Shown here in pieces: positions 59,009 to 64,000 of a stretch of DNA of 64,000 nucleotides. A program made the position numbers and the translations under genes. Position 1 is the first letter of the stretch. Each line of letters starts with the position of its first letter. Below the pieces are notes generated by a model that saw only the letters and a program-made list of their open reading frames with translations, did not search any database and was not told the DNA's origin. Source of the stretch: Basidiobolus meristosporus CBS 931.73 (lineage: Eukaryota > Fungi > Basidiobolomycota); assembly GCA_002104905.1 (NCBI GenBank), contig MCFE01000336.1, positions 28,259-92,258 on the forward strand. Direction: 5' to 3'.

Positions 59009-60800
59009 TGTTGCAACTTAAGAAGTAATTTGGATATAAAGAACTTATCAAGAAATAGTAATAATAGTCAAACTGTGGTTTATTAATAAAGTAGCTTGTA
59101 TTTATACCTTTGTAGAAGTAATACAGCTGTAACACTAAGTAAGGAGGATTTCTCAATATTCAGGAGCATTATGTAACAGTTTCAGGGCTAGTACATAATG
59201 TTTAGTAATAGTGCTAATTTGATCCTGATTATAGGGGAGTAGTCATAAGATCATAGATCTGAAGAAAGTGGCAAAGTTAGAGTTGTAAATTAGTCCCACA
59301 GTGACCAAGACTAGTCCAGAATTGTTAAGTAAATTTTCAGCTGCTGAATGATACCAAGTAGTCCAATACTTCAACACTCCCCTGCACTAAATAATATCTT
59401 AATCCTAACTCCTCCCTGAGATTCTCAAATTGTGGCCTAGCTAATGGTTTTGTCAATATATCTGCCACCATTTTGCTAGTTAGGCAGTACATTAACTCTA
59501 CTAAGTTATTTTCTACAGCTTCCCTTGCAAAGTGATGCTGTATATCAATGTGCTTAGTTCTGGCATGATTAGTAGGATTTCTAGCTAATGAAATACAACT
59601 TTGATTATCCTTGTAAATACATGTTGGTTCATCTGAATAAAAGCCTAAGTCTTTGAATAATAATGTAGCCATATAGCCTCCTTAGCTGCTTGACAAGCAG
59701 CCACATATTCAGCTTCAGTTGTAGATAGGGCCACAGTTGGTTGTTTCTTGCAATTCCAAGTAATAGCTGCACCAGCATAAAGAAATGCATATTCTGTGGT
59801 ATAGCATCTGTCAATTGGATCCCTACCCCAATCTGAATCACTATAACCATCAAATGTTTGCCAATCAGCTGCTCCAGAGTATTCCAGTACCATACTTTTG
59901 GTACCTTGTAGTTATCTGAAAATCCACTTAACCGCTGCAATTTGATCTGATCCATAATTCTTCATGAATTAACTGGCTATTCCAACTGCCACTGCTTTAT
60001 GTGGATGTGTAGACACCATCAAGTACATTAGGCTACCAACCATTGATTGATAGGGAAAGTTTTGGTCCATATTTGAGCCATTTTCATCTATAACAGGCTG
60101 GGATCTGCTTAATTTCAGGTTATTGTCCATAGGGATAGCTGCAGATTTGCAATTTCCCTTTTTGAAGAGTCTAAGAATGTCCCTGTTGTACTTAGACTGA
60201 TTCAGCACAATTTTCTGTGGATGTATGTCAAATTTGACTTCAATTCCAAGAAAATAGCTCAGTTTTCCAAGATCTTTCATCTAAAACTTGCTGAAGAGAT
60301 CTGATTTCATCTGTTTAAGTGCCTCTTGGTCACTTGTAGCTATAATTAAGTCATCCACATAAAGAACTTGGATGATCACACCCTATTTGAGCTATTTTAC
60401 ATATATACTGTGATTTGCAGTGCTACAAAAGAACCCAATTTCCCCTAGATATGTGTCAATCTTGTTATACCATGCTCTACATGCCTGCTTAAGCCCATAC
60501 AACAATTTGCTAAGTTTGCACACCTTGTGGGGGTCTTTTAGATTGGTAAAACCTTCTGGTTGCTCCATATATGTAGTTTCTTGCAAATCCTCATTTAGAA
60601 AGGCTGTTTTGACGTCCATTTGGTGTAGATCTAGACTGTGTACAGCTTAAGGGCTATAACTGTCCTAATGGAGTTAAGCCTGGCAACCAGAGCAAATGTT
60701 TCCTTAAAGTCTAGTCCCCAGATCTGGGAATAGCCTTTAGCCACCAATCTAGCCTTGTACTTATCAATGGCACCATTTGAGGTTATCTTGATCTTGTGGT
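59009..60800 (-). mobile_element. 3' part of a second, older copia family (RT, RNase H, PPT, putative 3' LTR 59009..59376)
   Basis: [44 protein letters not shown]; AGGGGAG-TGTTGAAG junction at about 59376-59383; LTR sequence unrelated to the 349-bp LTR; left end tentative. Confidence 0.8.
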
Positions 60801-63800
60801 TGTTGTCAGAGTCTTGGAGATATTGGAAGTGATTGGGAGAACAAGTAGATTATGTGGTTTTCACTTAATGATTAATTGAATGTAAAAGTAGTATTTATAC
60901 TTTTACCTGGTCTTGGCATTACAAACACGTAGAATAGGTTACGAAAGGTCCCAAGAACATGTGTGCAAAGTTTGGGGCTGTTTGGACAACTTTGAGAATT
61001 TTCATGTTCTGGGCACCTAGTATTTTGGTGAAAATATTCCAAGTAAATCCCAACAAAGAATTTGGTCAGTATTCTCTAGGATTTGAAGGTGCTGATCTAA
61101 GTGACTAAGTTAGGTGAATATTTAGGTGGAAATACAAATTTTTACAACACTCCCACTCAGCTAAATGTTCACACTGACTAGTCCTAATTTTGACCTAAGA
61201 TATTCAAACTTGTCTCTAGCTAATGGTTTGGTAAATATGTCTGCAATCATTTCATCTGTAGGACAGCAAATCAAGCTAACTAAGTCATTCTCTATAGCTT
61301 CACGTATGAAGTGATGTCTAATATCTATGTGCTTGGTTCTAGCATGAAAAGTTGGATTTCTACCTAATTGTATACATGCTTGATTATCTTGAAATAAAGT
61401 AATGGGCATTTTTTGACATATGCCTAAATCTGTAAAAAGCTTTCTTAACCACATTGCTTCTTTTGTAGCTTCACAGGCTGCCATATACTCTGTCTCTGTG
61501 GTAGAAAGTGCTATGGTTGGTTGCTTTCTTGAATTTCATGAAATGGCTCCTTTACAGTAAAGAAAGGTGTATCCTGTGGTGGATCTTCTGTCTTCCAAAT
61601 TTTGTCCCCAATCAGCATCAGAGTATCCCACAAGATCTTGTTCTGAATCCTTATAAGTGTATCTTAAGCAGATATCAGCAGTTCCTTTTAGGTATCTAAA
61701 AATCCACTTAACTGCTGCAATATGATCAGATCCATAGTTCTGATTATGTTGGCTGACAACTCCCACTGAATATGAGATATCTGGACATGTTCCAAGCATG
61801 ATATACATCAGACTGCCGACCATAGATTGATAAGGAAAGTCAGGGCTTTCAGATGGCACCAAGCTCTCTTGATTTGGTTGAGTTTTGACCAAGTTAAGGT
61901 TTGTCTCCATTGGGGTAGCTGCCAGTTTACAGTCTTCCATTTTGTACTTCTTTAGTATATCTTGAATATACTTGGATTGGCTTAGGGTGATAGTCTGGGT
62001 ACTTCTGTCTATGGAGAACTTAATCCCTAAGCAGTAACTGAGTTCTCCTAGATCTAACATCTTGAACTCTTTAGATAGGCTGGATTTAGTCTCTTCCAAT
62101 GTTGCTAGGTTATTGGCAGCTATAATAAGATCATCCACATATAGAGCTAATAGAACTGGATTTGCTCTATCTGGCTTATAATATATACTATAGTCAGCAA
62201 TACTCCTTTTGAAACTCAAAGATTCCAGATAAGAATCTATCTGGCAATTCCAGGCTCTTGGTGATTGTTTGAGACCATATAGTGCCTTTTTAAGCTTGCA
62301 GACCAAATGGGGGTTATCTTGGTCAACAAACCCATCAGGCTGGTCCATATACACATCCTCATCAAGTTCTCCATTCAAAAATAGAGTTTTTACATCCATT
62401 TGATGAATAAAAAACTTATATTTGGCTGCAATAGCCAATATTAATCTGATGGAATTAAACTTGGCTACCGGTGCAAAGGTCTTGGTATAGTCAAGTCCTT
62501 TTGCTTGAGAGTATTCTTTGGCTACAAGTCTTGCTTTGTATCTTTCAATTGTACCATCAGCCTAGTATTTTGTCTTGAAGACCCATCTGCATCCAACTGT
62601 TTTTTGGTTGATTGGTAATTTGACCAAGTCCCAAGTTTGATTTTCCATTAGGGCCTGATATTCCTCAGTCATTGCAGATCTCCAAAACTTTGTCTGAGGG
62701 CTATTTAGGGCCTCTTTTACAGTCTGGGGTTCATCAATATGGACTGAATAGGCATAGGCTAAGTTTGTACCCTCATTGATATAGTAACTTGGGCTATTTC
62801 TTGTCCAATTGGATCTCCGGGCATTTGATACTGGAATGATCACTTCTGGGATACTCCTGGGCACTAATTCTGGCTGAACCACAGTTGTAGAATCCTCTGG
62901 AGTGAAAAAATCTTCATTGTTTTGCTCTGATTCAATCCTGACAATTGGTGGACTTGAGATCAAATTTTTGTCATCATCTGATGTCATTTTTGATGAAAAT
63001 TTTGAATTTTCATCAAACAACACATCCCTGGACTTGATAAGCTCCTTTGCTTTGGTATTGTAGAGTCTGTATGCCTTACTCTCATTGCAGTAGCTCAAAA
63101 ATATGCATTTTAAACTTTTTGGGTCAAATTTTGACTGATTTCTGGCCAGTTTTTTGGCATATGCTATACACCCAAATATTCTTAGATGTTCTGCACTTGG
63201 TCTGTATCCATGCCATGCTTCAAATGGAGTAGAATCACAAAGTATTCTGTTATAACTCCTATTTTTAAGGTATACAGCAGTGGCAACTGATTCCGCCCAA
63301 AAATCATAGGATAATTTTTGATCATGGATCATAGATCTTGCCATATCAATTATTGATCTGTTTGTTTGTTCTGCTACTCCATTTTGCTGTGGGGAGTATG
63401 GTACAGTAGTCTCTTGCTTTATCCATGAATTTGCAGAAGTGGATGAAGAGTTATTAGGTATATTCTCCACCACTGTCAGAGCGTATTTTCTTGATTTTTT
63501 CACCAGTTTCTCTCTCCACCATGGCTTTAAGCTCCCTGAACTGAGACAGAGCTTCTTCCTTTCTCTCCATGAAGTAGACCCATGTGTATCTTGTATAATC
63601 ATCAATAAAATGATTATATACTTCATCCCACCTAAGGATAAATTTTGCATAGGTCCACACAGATCTGAGTGAATTAGATCTAATTTTTTCTTAGTTTTGA
63701 TTAGCCCAGAGCTCTTGAACAGTTGTCTGGCTTGTTTCCCATATATGCAGGCTTCACAGTGCTCCAAATTAGCTGGGGGATCAATTTTCACTCCAGAAAT

Positions 63801-64000
63801 TAGCTGATCTTTGATCATTTTACACAATTAATCAAAATTGATGTGTCCAAATCTCCTGTGCCAAAGCATTGGTGTTTCTTCATTTTAAGTTACTTATATT
63901 GGCTTCCAGATATGGATGGAATATAAGTCAACTTGTATAGAATCTGATCTTGGATGCCCAAAGCACTTATGGACACCATTTTGATCAGTGATCTTGCATC
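60801..64000 (-). mobile_element. Copia copy of the main family inserted into the RT of the second family; continues beyond the window
   Basis: 3' LTR 60801..61149, purine tract GAGTGGGAG, RNase H 61161..61484, RT 61536..62438, IN 62562..63827. Confidence 0.94.

Noticed and set aside
18440-61149. Recurring about 350-bp repeat as a CRISPR array or satellite
   Set aside because: Dispersed, TG...CA ended, flanked by PBS/PPT/TSD: these are LTRs; no short repeat-spacer periodicity.
46438-64000. RIP as the cause of TE decay
   Set aside because: CpA/TpG remain abundant and ORFs are not saturated with TAA/TAG; the pattern fits CpG deamination.
1-64000. tRNA, rRNA or spliceosomal snRNA genes
   Set aside because: No cloverleaf with T-loop GTTCRA context and no U1/U2/U6 or rRNA signature found by eye; a tRNAscan/Infernal run is needed to exclude them.

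Overview
Eukaryotic (fungal) genomic DNA, not prokaryotic: short GT-AG introns, standard code, and gene content best fitting an early-diverging fungus (lineage is inference). About 1-46 kb is a gene-rich arm: sphingomyelin-synthase-like enzyme, Wss1 protease, receiver-domain cAMP phosphodiesterase, secreted tectonin-like lectin, Vts1, N-formylglutamate-amidohydrolase-like enzyme, Mcm10, two alpha-arrestins, a Tlg1/syntaxin-6-type SNARE, a GPI-anchored Ser/Thr-rich protein and an intronless PDR ABC transporter, interrupted by small islands of decayed LTRs. From about 46.4 kb to the end is a gene-free, CpG-depleted nest of Ty1/copia retrotransposons, mostly one family with 349-bp LTRs. Best leads: (1) this family has a Ty5/hemivirus-type half-tRNA(iMet) primer site whose ATG is in frame with gag, repeatedly inserts into its own copies, and carries an LISSPP motif in the integrase tail resembling the Ty5 targeting motif LDSSPP; (2) a TSD-flanked solo LTR holds a cleanly captured 285-bp host-gene-like fragment; (3) a full-length copy sits antisense inside the gag of a sister copy and has LTRs of two different subtypes; (4) a receiver-PDE fusion. 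All alignments, counts and splice models were done by eye; no database search was run.
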